From assembly GCA_000934665.2 (NCBI GenBank), contig JYFJ02004408.1, positions 1 to 32,384 of the forward strand: 32,384 nucleotides of DNA, written 5' to 3'. The notes under the pieces were generated by a model, which was given only the letters and a program-made list of their open reading frames with translations, searched no databases and was not told where the DNA came from. This DNA comes from Catajapyx aquilonaris. Its lineage: Eukaryota. Shown one piece after another: positions 12,000 to 22,639 of this stretch (position 1 is its first letter; every line of letters begins with the position of its first letter). The translations under genes were made by a program, and so were the position numbers.

Positions 12000-13010
12000 C
12001 GCCTGCAATAGAAACTGTGTTACAATTTCACTTGAGGCAAGTTCACATCCTACATCTGCCCTGAAGATCCTCCACCGTGTGGCGAGAATACCAAATGCAT
12101 TTTCAACGCACCTCCTACGGAGATTGTTTATTATAGTTTAGTGCAGGCTGAATGTGTAGCATATGGTATGTTATTATGGGATTGATCACAATTTATTTCA
12201 TAAAATTCAGCAGCATAATAGACCAGAAAAATTGGCGAAGCACATGTGATATGACTGTTTGCATAGGCTTAAAGGCCTTTTTGCAAAAACTTAAAGATGT
12301 ACTTTGTGAATAGTCACGTTACTAACATGTCTCGGGTAAGGCGGTAGTTGAAACTGGCTTGCTTCTGGCTCAGCTGTTGGTCAGGGTATGCATCATCTTT
12401 GTTGTCGGTGGCCTCATCCCCAATGGGAAAAAAATGTGACCTGACATTGGTGCCTGGAAAGTGGGCTGGAGCTGGTAGGGGCACTGTATTTTGTTCTAGC
12501 TGCTGACCCAATGGGGATTCCTTGAAGACACCTTCATCGCTCTGTCTCCCGTAGGCCCCGACATCAATGGACGTGAACCGATATGAGGCTACAGCGATCA
12601 ATATGATAGAGAAGGTGCCCTATAAGTTCAGAAAAATCTTGACAAGATGTTGGGCAATAAAAAAATGCGTACACTTGCTACAAGTCCTGTTTTACAGGCC
12701 TAGCCTAATTCAGTTCATATAGCCACAAGTTTATTTCTGAGACAGATCTCAAGTCAGGCCTCGTTAGGCAATCTGGTCGCCCTATGTAAATAATTGCCGG
12801 TCAATGTCCACCAATGTTGGGCTCGGGTCTGTAATAACGATAGCTCATCTCACGGATATAATCATGATGTCAGCTACCTTGTAGTTAAAAAAGAGGGAGC
12901 CTGATTTTGGAGGCGCTTGGATCTTCACATGCTTGCCGTCTATGGCTCCAGCACAGTTTGGAAAATTCCATAGTTTCCATAACACACCGATTTAACCATC
13001 TTGCAGGTGG
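12000..13010 (-). mobile_element. PIF/Harbinger DDE transposase pseudogene with introns
   Basis: FPNCAGAIDGKHVKIQAPPKSGSLFFNYK | GT-AG intron 12877-12620 | GTFSIILIAVASYRFTSIDVGAYGRQSD...GDEA...FNYRLTR ... RRCVENAFGILATRWRIF. Confidence 0.9.
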
Positions 13011-13039
13011 CGATTGTCCTTCCGCTGGAACTTTCTGCC

Positions 13040-14030
13040 TTCAATCCCAACCACTGGTTCTCCCACTTCTGCGTGTGGTAGCGAATCGGTTGGAAACCTT
13101 GTCGTGGAGGGCCGTCATATTGCTGGTCAGTGCAATTGGGATGGAAGTTACGACCCACAAACCACAACGGGGCTGACTCCGAAGAGGAAATACTAAGTTA
13201 GTCCGATGAATAACTACTCCATGCCCCTGGAAGTAGTTGCCCAGACCAGTGTATATCCACCCCATCCGTCCGTGCACAGCATGCTGTCTGGATGGGTGTG
13301 GTCTATTAGGATGGGCCACAGAGTCTTTGTCGCGCTTGGGCACAATCATGGCGAACCTGTCGATTGTAAAAATTATAGTGAAGGTCAATGTATTACAGGG
13401 CATGTTATACACATATTAAAGTAACATGAAAAATTGAACCAACTAGGCTGTCTCCTCAAATGACTCTTCAATGTTATTTGTGGAAGAACAACTTGACGTA
13501 CCACTTGGTTGTTCTTCTGACACATTCTACAGAGGACAGCTGCATGTCTGCTTTATCGACAGGAGGCTTTCCCGCCTTGGGGATGGCGATCACCACCGCC
13601 CGACGCCATAGGGCAGGGAACTCTTGCGCAACCCAGAGGCGGTTGAAGAACGCCAGCAGCTGCCGGCGGGGGTGCTCCGACAGGTGGCGCAAGAAAGGGT
13701 AGTGGACGTCGTCGGGCCCACTGAATAAATGTGATGTATTGGTTAACAGCACCCTAATATTCTCGCCCATATCCCGCCTCTCCTTCGTGGCCCGGCTTAT
13801 GCCTCCAAGGACCCAAATTTCCGACTTGATGCCGCCTACATTGGTTTTCCTGCGGAATAGTTGTGACTCATCCACTTCCATCCCCGCCTATGCCTTCTAA
13901 ATCGTGCCACTATATAACAGTTGCAGCATCACGGAACCTTGCATTCCAATTCTCATCCGATGGTAGTCATTCCTTCATTTAATGTCTGATTTTCGGTCGA
14001 TATCGATGCCCGACATGGCTTCCTGCAAAT
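13040..14030 (-). mobile_element. Merlin/ISXO2 (IS1595-like) transposase, degenerate
   Basis: FICRKPCR...GIGG-EVDESQLFRRK...WVLGGISRATKE / RFAMIVPKRD..TLWPIL...PDSMLCTDGWGGY...HTQKWENQW, with several frameshifts. Confidence 0.85.
13545..13720 (-). mobile_element. Non-LTR retrotransposon RT fragment (I/Jockey-like), nested between the Merlin halves
   Basis: GPDDVHYPFLRHL...LLAFFNRLW...FPALWRRAVVIAIPKAGKP is the N-terminal part of a LINE RT. Confidence 0.88.
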
Positions 14031-14124
14031 GAAGCTTGTTATTTATTGTAATTTCCTATGCCCTATGTTTGGCAACGGAGACTAAGTCTGGTGCTTTTTA
14101 CTTACAAATATATCAAATACTGAC

Positions 14125-14285
14125 CACACGACAGTGTCAAAGATCCAAGCCGGCATCACTCAATTTTTGCAAAGTTCGTCGCCTAATGTACTCGCCTGTC
14201 TCTCCCTCAACCTCTACGAAGTCCTTTATTTCGATATGGCCGCCATTGACGATACTTGCCCATTCTCCAGATTGTCCGGCATGTG
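14125..14285 (-). mobile_element. hAT transposase fragment (second ZMYM1-like piece)
   Basis: IVNGGHIEIKDFVEVEGETGEYIRRRTLQKLSDAGLDL*HCR matches the TGE...L...GLDL..CRGQ motif. Confidence 0.6.
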
Positions 14286-14324
14286 CTTTAGAGTTGTATT
14301 ATGTTTAGCCAATAGTGGCCACCT

Positions 14325-14481
14325 GTCCCCTACGGATATCACGCTGCCTACGAGGAGCATTATGCGCTCCTCTTCATTAGACAGATGAGGGGCACTATGC
14401 TTTCCTTGTCCAGTTGTCGTCGGAGCCTTCAGCAGCTGCGCCTGCTTGGACGGTGCGTGGCTCTTCAAGTCATTCCAAACC
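14325..14481 (-). mobile_element. Myb/SANT-like DNA-binding exon (Harbinger accessory protein)
   Basis: After an AG acceptor: VWNDLKSHA...TTTGQGK...LSNEEERIMLLVG...VGD (W.D.K...TGGG...L..EE pattern). Confidence 0.6.
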
Positions 14482-14969
14482 TATAGTATACCTATAACAT
14501 TGATATTAGGTGATGGCATGCATGAAATCTGCACATTTCTACGTTACACGGTACATTCGCAGAGCTGGCTGAGTGTTTCCTCCGATCTCAGTAAGCTTCT
14601 TCAGACAGAGAGAGGCTACCCCCTGGAAGTTCTTGACCACACAGTCATGTCCTTCTCTGATTCCTGTGAAGAAGAGGCTTCCCTTCTCTCCACCTGAGGA
14701 GTCTGCCGTCTGGCTCCGGAAAGGCAAACAGCTGAAATGATATTGTTACCCTTTGACATAATGTGGTAATACACAACCGGGAGATAGAGTGAAAATATAG
14801 TGTTTACTTTGGCAGCAAGGCAACAAGAGTCGCCTTTACAGAATCGGCCTCTACTGCCTCAAGGGCAGGTAATCACACGGCTTATATCCCCCATCAGGCA
14901 ATGGGGGCACCCACCATGGGGCGCACAATGTCAAATGCCCAGAAAGTGAAATGCGGTGACGTCACAACA

Positions 14970-15365
14970 TCAGCACAGTAGCGAAGTGACAGTGAGAGAC
15001 ACTGGAACCTGCCTTTTCCGATCCAAACAGGATTTCTGGTTTGGGCATGTGCTCCATTGTGCCTGACAAAACAAAACAAAAAAAAACATTTTCCTTATTA
15101 TTGATGTAGGTGGCATAATGCTGCGCCTTATTTATGAGCCTGGTAATGAAAGTTAAAAAGGATCCTCATACCTTGCCGGTGGTGCAGTAGTGGGGGTTTC
15201 TCAATGGGGGTCATCATATATGCCATAGTGGCATATTGCCACCATCCCCCAATAGTATGCTTCGGTGTGGAGCAGCCTCAAGTTCTTCCTTAGCTTACTT
15301 TGGTTCCAGATACTGCTGTCATGGACACTTCCTCTCCACCGTGCCACAATTTTTGTTATCTGGCA
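14970..15365 (-). mobile_element. Second PIF/Harbinger transposase fragment (HARBI1-like clade) with intron 15171-15063
   Basis: IVARWRGSVHDSSIWNQSKL...MTP / GT-AG intron / RHNGAHAQTRN...RFQCLSLSLRY. Confidence 0.8.
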
Positions 15366-15593
15366 ATGCATTATCGATGGGTTCAACTCCAATTACTTGC
15401 ACAACAATGAGTGACCAAAATGATTCCAGCATAGCCTTTTTTACGCAGCAAATACCGATAATAAATTACTGCACAATGTATCCTGAATCTTGCATAGCCT
15501 AACATAACATGCAGGCTAAATTCTAGACACTTGCATCAGTAATGGCATTGAAACAAAACATAAAAGCTGTTCAAGTGCAAATATTAATATTTA

Positions 15594-15782
15594 TTCCCTT
15601 TTCTGTGGAGTTAGTGGCTGGCCTGCAGATGTGCTGCTGCTAGACATGGCTGTCCGGTTTATCAATTTATTGTCTCCCCACACTGACTTTGCCAGATGCT
15701 TCACATACATGCTGCCTGTTGTTCCATTTTGAATGAAACCCCACAGGTGCTTGGTTATCTGTACTCCTTCAGTTAGTGTCAC
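15594..15782 (-). pseudogene. BEN-domain fragment
   Basis: YVKHLAKSVWGDNKLINRT...PLTPQK matches the BEN pattern LA..VWG...L..RS...LTP.K. Confidence 0.6.
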
Positions 15783-15889
15783 CTAATATATTGTGGCGCA
15801 TTGCAAACTGTCTGAAGGAGATCAGGGCACAGTTGTAATGTGATTGCATACACTGCAGTCAGTACTGAAGGTATGGAATTTATATTACA

Positions 15890-16345
15890 CTTCTCGACGA
15901 GGTTCGTCATTTTAATGAGCTTTTGGCGGAAAACTCGGGCCAACAGATCATGCCGATCCTTGGAAATCTGGCCTGGGAAAAGTTCGTCAGTGACCTCTTT
16001 CCAAGTGGGATTACAGGTGAAGGTGATGAAGAGATCTGGCCTGCCATACATGCGGACGTAGCTCATGGCGTCCTGCGTTCTCTCGTGCATGTACCGAGGA
16101 CCTCCCGTGAAACTGGATGGAAGAATACAAAGCTGACCAATGACCCTGCCTCCACCCTCATCGTTGTTGATGCCGTCTCTAAGATGAATGTAGGAGTGTT
16201 CACGTAGCTCTTTCTGGTGTGTCTTAATGTAGAGGAACCTTTCTGACTCCACCTTGGCATACATGTCAACAGCATACTGATGGAAAAGATCTTGAGATCG
16301 ATGCAAATGGTTGAAATAGTCATTCCGAACCATGAATATGAATAA
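15890..16345 (-). mobile_element. Helitron Rep/helicase N-terminal fragment (Helitron_like_N)
   Basis: LFHQYAVDMYAKVESER...ILPSSFTGGPRYM...QDAMSYVRMYGRPDLFITFTCNP.W...DRHDLLARVFRQKL. Confidence 0.95.
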
Positions 16346-16349
16346 CTTC

Positions 16350-16646
16350 ATCGTGATGACATTAGGCCCCCATGTGTCTGGCATCCACTACCATCACAAA
16401 TGCAGTGAACAAAGTCCAGTTCTTGTTTTGAACGCTACAATTGTCTGTCCACAATATGTACTTGTTTGCCTGTCCAGGTGAAGGACCCTGGTAATGCTAG
16501 TTATGTTAATGTCTCACGGTAGGTATCGCCTTATAGTGTGAGACCTGAGGATTATAATTATGAACTGATGTGTTCCTTGATTTGGATCGGTTCTGCTTTC
16601 CTGGCCTGAGTCTGATGCCTTCCCTTTCCATCGATTGATTGTACTA

Positions 16647-16722
<76 letters not shown>

Positions 16723-17010
16723 TACCGTTGTTAGGCATCCGTCTTCATACCATGTGTATGCATGAGCATAGTTTTGCAAACCCTCATGTGGGAACAATCT
16801 TGACTTGGTAATGCGGATGAAGGATAACTGCCTGCTGGATTTACTAGGAAAGCCTACCTTTCTTTGCTTCACAGGTAATGCTGCAATCAGTTTCTTCAAA
16901 TAGTGTCGACGCTCACCAAATAGTGACTTCCAAAATGCTATACGAATTTCTTCCCTTCTATCCTCTTCAATTTTCGAGTAGCACGTCATGCGACATGTCT
17001 CTGGACAAGG
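16350..17010 (-). mobile_element. Second Sola1-type transposase, heavily internally deleted
   Basis: CPETCRMTCYSKIEEDRREEIRIAFW; DGKGRH...IKEHISS; LWTDNCSVQNKNWTLF. Confidence 0.7.
16651..16722 (+). repeat. (ATT)24 microsatellite
   Basis: Perfect trinucleotide run; it produces the poly-N in ORF 16558-17046. Confidence 0.98.
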
Positions 17011-17829
17011 AGATAGAAGCAGATACCGGTTCACATCTCGTTCCAACCTATCCTTTTGTGTTCTGGCTCTCTGGACTGGAGCTGAGAATTGAATGATGTG
17101 CAGATAAATATGTTCTTGTAGTTAGGGTGTGAGGTCTCGCCTACATTCTATGGCATTATTTTAATTGCGTAACATATCTTTTGGACAAACATGGTTTCAA
17201 TGATTTTTAATAATTTTTAAAACACCTGCAGCTGCTGCTACTACTGCTGCGTCCCGTCTCGACTTGTTGACGCCACAGCCAAAGCATCACTTCGCGGGAC
17301 TAGATTGTCTGTGTTGGACACATTCCTGTAGGCATTGAGAACAAATAAATTACAGCAGTTGCGTATTTCTACGTGACCCATTATAGGCTTACTTTTTGGC
17401 CAAGGCCATGACCACCATGGCTTTTCCCCGGCTGACTGACCCTTCAGGATTGTCTGTAGAGGCAGTTAGTCATTCGGGAGTGGCAGAGATGAATATATAT
17501 GTGAGCTAGTAAGGCAATGCATGCAAGGCGGCAGCCATCTTTCCACGTTACTCGAACCCCTGTCGCCCACCAAAGAATAATAGTACAGTATATTCACACG
17601 CTATCCCCTATAATGGTAACATACCCCATTTGCAATTTCCTGACTATTATCCTCATCCATCACTACATCATTTTGTATGCTGGCTATGTATGAGGGCTAA
17701 TATTTGTTGCCTTGTTGATAAGCAAGCATAATTTAGCCGTAGGCTTTAAGTACCTTGTATGTGTCAGCGAAACCACTAATGACACTACAAAATTCACTCT
17801 GCAAGTCAAAAGAGCATAGTGCACGCCAC

Positions 17830-18140
17830 AGACGAGGGATGTCACACGTGTCGCAGTTGTGCCCAACCAGCACAATAGGTTTCCCCTCTTGCCTGACTCA
17901 ACTCAGGAAAAGTTTCAAGGCACTCTTCAAATCACAAGTTGTACTCTCTGCCCATGCAGCAACAGCTCATTGTCACATTTGGTGAGGCCTGTCACTGATG
18001 ACACAACTTTTGGTATGTCCTTCACTGGCAATGCATCAACACTGAAAGGGGGCTCCAGAGATCCTGCACATTAACCTGCACAATTTCAGATGAGGCCACA
18101 AACCCAGTTGTCTCCAAATCAAAAAATACAACACTGCTGT
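17830..18140 (-). pseudogene. DEDDh 3'-5' exonuclease fragment (TREX/exuperantia-like; frequent transposon accessory domain)
   Basis: VVFFDLETTG...EIVQ, then frameshifted SSVTGLT...LLHGQRV...ALKLFL...LVGHNC..CDIP. Confidence 0.8.
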
Positions 18141-18399
18141 CATCGGGTATTGACCGTGATACAACGTCACGGCTAGGATGTGGCACAGTGCTGGAACGGA
18201 GGAAGCCTGAACCACCAACTGCCACACTTCTCATGAGAACCAAATACATGATTCACTATATTGTGTGTAAGTCATATCTGTCTTGGAGTTGGTGACTTGA
18301 AAATCATCGTCACTGTCAAGCTGTTTGACTGTCAGACATTCCAAGCGGCTTTTGGCTGGGGCCTTAAGCTTTCTTCTCCTGATATCCAATTTTCTGGAT

Positions 18400-18780
18400 G
18401 TGGCTGTAACGATTCTTTTTGAGTAAACTTGCTCCAACTCCGACACAAAGGAAAAAGCTCCGGGATCGAATAGGCTTTTGTTCTGTGGAGCACCTTCTCC
18501 TTCAGCACCTTGAAGGCTACTTCCACCAGGTTGTTGGTGTCACTCCCCCGTGTTGGGAGATCCTGTCTCAGGGAGAGTCCCCACTTCTGAGATTTTTCAA
18601 TGAGATCTTGGAGATCTTTGGCAAACGCAGGGTAGCAGGCAGTGATATCATCAGTTGAGGCTGCTGCTTCCTTAAACTCCACCTGGGTTTTTGCTTAGAG
18701 AACAGCAGACGCCAACCAAAACAGGTGCTTCCTGTGGCCTTTTGCAATTCCATGGCTTCCATCCAAAACCCACCTCCACG
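18400..18780 (-). mobile_element. MULE/Mutator transposase fragment
   Basis: WRWVLDGSHGI...KWGLSLRQDLPTRGSDTNNLVEVAFKVLKEKVLHRTKAY (TNN..E third catalytic motif). Confidence 0.8.
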
Positions 18781-18794
18781 TTTAGTACAGTCAA

Positions 18795-19060
18795 ATTAGG
18801 GCTAGAGAGTCCTGGATTTCTTTGCTGTTGTATATCTTCCGAGGGCGTGTCGATGAGCCAGGAATCAGCATGTACACAGGGGCTTCTGGGCTTGCGTGAG
18901 CTATCAGAAGGACTACGATGTCAGTATCTTCCCCAACCACTACAGCATTGAAACCCTCTTCAACTTCATCTAAAGCCGTTCTCACAATCATTGTGTCTGC
19001 GTCAGAATCAGCTTGAACCACATTCATGCCGCCATCTAGAAGGTACTTCATCAGACGTGC
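18795..19060 (-). mobile_element. XPG/PIN-like nuclease fragment of an Academ-type transposase
   Basis: VVQADSDADTMIVRTA...VVVGEDTDIVVLL. Confidence 0.65.
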
Positions 19061-19389
19061 AATGCAAATATCAAATGCTTTATCCGTCGTCACTGCAACA
19101 TGTGCATCAAAATAGCTGGCCTCCTCTGGGGTGTCCGGCACTACACCTCTAATACGGATGGAAGATGTTGCATACATTGGAAGGTTGTGGTTGGCTTCCC
19201 TCATCTCGGCCAGGCATTTTCTCGTCAGGTCACTCTGCTCATTCTTAAGAACCTGGTCAGGAAGGTCTTCTACAACAGCATGCACTGCCCTGATGCCTGC
19301 GGTGCGGACCTCTGCTTCTTGAATCTCCATCAGCAACGACTTCGTGCCTTTCATGTGTGGCAAGTGAGATGGGCAAATTGGAAAGCAGG

Positions 19390-20253
19390 TTTGATGCAGG
19401 AAGCAGTTCCTGCATCTCCCTTCCTCCGGAATATTTTGCCAGGAGTGATGGTCTTGGTTTTCCCCATCGCTGCTCTGTATTGGTGCACGATGCTGCAGAT
19501 CCGTCATTCATCAACAGTATTGTAGCTGACACATGCTTACATGATCCAACAATACCTGCACGGCATGTGCAGTGGGCTTCTGTAATATTCCGTGAAGCGT
19601 CGACCTATATTCAAAAGAAACTGAGGTGTAATGGCAGAATTTCACAAGCCCATCATTTATTCATGGCATTAGAAAAGATTATCTACAGGTGCGTCCAGCA
19701 TATAACCAGGTCAGTGTTAATTAGGATTCCGGTCTAATGACCTAGGAGTGCTTATAAGGCTCCATTTCTATCAGGATATTATCAACATCAGTGCCCACAC
19801 ACCATCCCCTCAATTGACAGCATACATTAAAAGAAGTACCGTACTTTACTGAATGACAATAATAATTTATTCAAACAGATTGAGGAAGCATTGGCATTTA
19901 CAATATTTGAGGAAAAGGCAAGCATTTCCATACCTGGAAGGTCACATCGTAGGGCAGGTTGTTAATTTTGGTCTGGGGATGAACTCTCGTCGTCACCACG
20001 GACATTCCGCTGCTTATGTTCATCTTTTCCTGGACTCCAACGACGTGGCCGGCCTCTTGGAGTAATTGCCCCTTCTCCAGGGTCTTCGGCCGCAGACTGG
20101 GCGGTAGAAGAAGCCGACGAAAGTCAGAGACTTGGGACGGCATGACTGATAACTAGACTACTGGCCCTAGAATGGCATGGTAAAGACTCGATTGGCGAGA
20201 CGATTATTCATAGCCGGCCGCGAGTAGCGCTGCAGTCTAGAATCTTCCTGCCC
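19390..20253 (-). mobile_element. 5' part of a SWIM zinc-finger gene (ISL2EU/Kolobok-type accessory ORF): 2 exons, intron 19933-19605, putative terminus at 20253
   Basis: Exon 1 MPSQ...LEKGQLL..AGHV...PYDVTFQ splices in frame to VDASRNITEAHCTCRAGIVGSCKHVSATIL...SCTNTEQRWGKP (CxC...CKH SWIM). Confidence 0.8.
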
Positions 20254-20254
20254 A

Positions 20255-20480
20255 TGGTATTCCTCTAAGTGTCCTGTGTGGCAAAATCCTGTCAGATGTG
20301 GCAGTGCTCTCCGCAAAGATGTCTGTTTCACTATTGACACCAAGGTGATGTATGCTGGTGTCTTCTGCCTCTACCATTTAGGTTGCCTTTGATCACATAA
20401 CGGCCGTGCAGGCAACGGTGGAAGGTGATGTTTTCTTCCCACTAGTGCTCGTTCACTACGTGGTGTAAAATGGACTTCCA
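20255..20480 (-). mobile_element. Kolobok (T2-like) transposase fragment
   Basis: WKSILHHVVNEH*W...FHRCLH then TPAYITLVSIV...LPHLTGFCHTGHLEEYH. Confidence 0.7.
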
Positions 20481-20849
20481 CCGCTCCCTTGAAGGTGATG
20501 CATTACATTTTCCTGGACAGCATGTAACCATAATAATGTTTTAAAAATGAAGTGTACATCGATGGTGATGTTTTGTGCTTAGGTCAGTTGATTGCACCTC
20601 CCCAATACTTTAGCTGGTTACCTGCCAATCAATGCTATGTGGATCAACCTTAGGTATCTTTATGGCCAGAACAAATGAATGGGACCATTAATTTTTATGC
20701 ATTTATTATTTGCCACTGAAATATGCCATACATAAGTGCTACTTCAGTATTCTTCTTCAATGTCCTGCAGCAGTTGGAGGATCCGGATGTGGGCCTCTGC
20801 TTCTTTTTTCTTCGGTGGCTATTTATCCATCACATCCATTTCGTCACAA

Positions 20850-21090
20850 GAATCTGACAACGAATCAAGATTTTCGGGAGGTGTTGGCATCGGAATTTCT
20901 GTTCCATGAGGCACTGGCTTTATGGCTGATGGCACTTCAGGATACTTCACATGTTGCTTGCTTTTCCTATTTATACCATCAAGATTTGTCATACAAAAAT
21001 AACAGTTTGTCACGTGATCCCTTCCTTACCTTCAAACCATTGGGACACCAAATGGAAGACACTTTTGCTTCTTGTTGCTCACCTTCAGGA
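20850..21090 (-). mobile_element. Chapaev3 (CMC) transposase fragment
   Basis: LPFGVPMV*R*GRDHVTNCYFCMTNLDG...KYPEVPSAIKPVPH...PTPP. Confidence 0.8.
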
Positions 21091-21109
21091 AATTTTCCAT
21101 TATAGTTTC

Positions 21110-21845
21110 AGCAGGGTATTTGGGTGAAGTGGCTTTTGACCTTGTTCAGCAAAATGGCTAGAATCCTTTTTAAGCCTCCTGCTCTATGCAAGTACTTGCG
21201 GCTGTACATCAACATTATCTTATCACATTCTTGCAAGAACTTCACTACATCATTGTTGGGCACAATCAAACCTCCAAACACTACTTTCTTATGGGAATAA
21301 GCCCTGTAGTGAATATACAAGTTACTGCGGTGTCCAATTCAGTGCTTGAGGACTCATCAAATTGACACGTGGTACACACATGTACCTTCTGTAGTTTTCT
21401 TAAATATGCCCCACAAATGTATAAAAACACATTATCGTCTAAGATATCACCATCAGGGAGTGATACATCATCACAACTCAAATCTTTCATCACCTTCTTC
21501 AGTAACTAGGCTACTCCCTGAGGTCGTGTAAAAATGTCACAAAATGCAGCTAGGAAGGGAACGGAGTCAGGCTTGCAGTTTCCCTGATGACCGCTGCCTA
21601 GTAGTGCATCAAAGCATAATATTTTATATGCGCCAAAGACCTGCTCTGGTGTGGGTTTTCTATTGTTGCCACACTTCTTACGAACTTCTCCAAAAAAAAC
21701 TTTCTAGTGGATCCTGATTAAACCTTTCAGTCATCAGGAATTTCAAGCCCGACTTCTTCATTTCAAATGTCAATGATGGCATTGATAGTATTATCCAGCC
21801 CTTGATGAACTTCACTCTGCTTGTCACATCAGCCTCACCCTTGCA
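21110..21845 (-). mobile_element. P-element (THAP9-like) transposase C-terminal fragment
   Basis: FIKGW...FLMTERFNQDPLE.FFGEVR..CGNNRKPTP...GNC..D...YICGAYLRK...CTTC...GGLIVP. Confidence 0.88.
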
Positions 21846-21911
21846 TATTCGCATGTTATTATTTTTTTAAATAAAAAAAGATGACCATGTCCTTCGAGTA
21901 TGAAATATGCT

Positions 21912-22412
21912 CACTGTTAATAAAATTGGCACCAAATCTGGTGCCAAATGCTGTCTCCCCAGCGGCACCCTTTATTTGTGCCAACGGGCACCAAAATTTG
22001 GTGGTCTAGTGGTTAGCCCCTGACCAGCCAAGCGGGAGGCCGGGGGTTCAAATCCCGTCCCCGTCACCTCTGCTTGGCCGGGTCTTTTTCCGTTTTTCAC
22101 CCGACATGCCGGAGCAGAACTCCCTTCTCTGCTCGGGGCCAGGAGAAAATGCCTGGTGCCTTTTCTGAGTCAGAAATGACTATAATTACAGCGCCCTCCC
22201 TTGGGAACCTCCCCTCGCCCCCTAAAAGGGCTCCGCCCTATCACGGGGGTTTCAAAAAAAAAACAAAAACTGGCACCAAAATCAGTTGGTGCCACCTGGC
22301 ACATTTGCAGATAGGTGACAATCGTCACCAGTTGGTGCCAGTTTTTGCACCAGCATTGCTACCAACTGGAACCAATTGGAAACTGGTGCCAAGTTGTGTC
22401 CTGATGGTGCCA
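21912..22412. mobile_element. DNA-transposon end with GGCACCAA/TGGTGCCA subterminal repeats (EnSpm/CACTA-like), interrupted by a SINE
   Basis: Starts CACTGTTAA; many direct and inverted copies of the motif on both sides of the SINE. Confidence 0.45.
21998..22270 (+). mobile_element. tRNA-derived SINE
   Basis: A box TGGTCTAGTGG, B box GGTTCAAATCC, unique body and A-rich tail (22254-22269). Flanked by GGCACCAAAAT at 21987 and 22272 (possible TSD). Confidence 0.8.
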
Positions 22413-22639
22413 CATGATAGCAGCATGAGTGAAAGACTCTGAAAGGCAAGGATGTCACAGAAGGAGACTGTTTACCAAGACAAAATATAGGTACATTTAC
22501 ACCACTTATAACGTTTATTCATGAAGTGTAGTTTAGAAACCATGATTTGCCAAAGGGCCCAAGTCCGTGGAAGAAAATTTTTCAGGAGACAAAAAAAAAC
22601 CTCAAATTCCTGTATGGCTAGTACAATGCTGCCAATAAC

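Noticed and set aside
16558..17046. Poly-asparagine protein
   Set aside because: Artifact of an (ATT)24 microsatellite within a decayed Sola1 fragment.
9129..19507. Chimeric ORFs (9129-9812 Sola1+hAT, 13474-13881 Merlin+RT, 15779-16384 Sola1+Helitron, 18791-19507) as novel fusion proteins
   Set aside because: Expected read-through across adjacent co-oriented fragments; components are truncated or frameshifted, and there is no coherent gene model.
21998..22070. Functional tRNA gene
   Set aside because: The 5' acceptor stem is incomplete and it continues into a ~200-bp body with an A-tail, so it is a SINE head.
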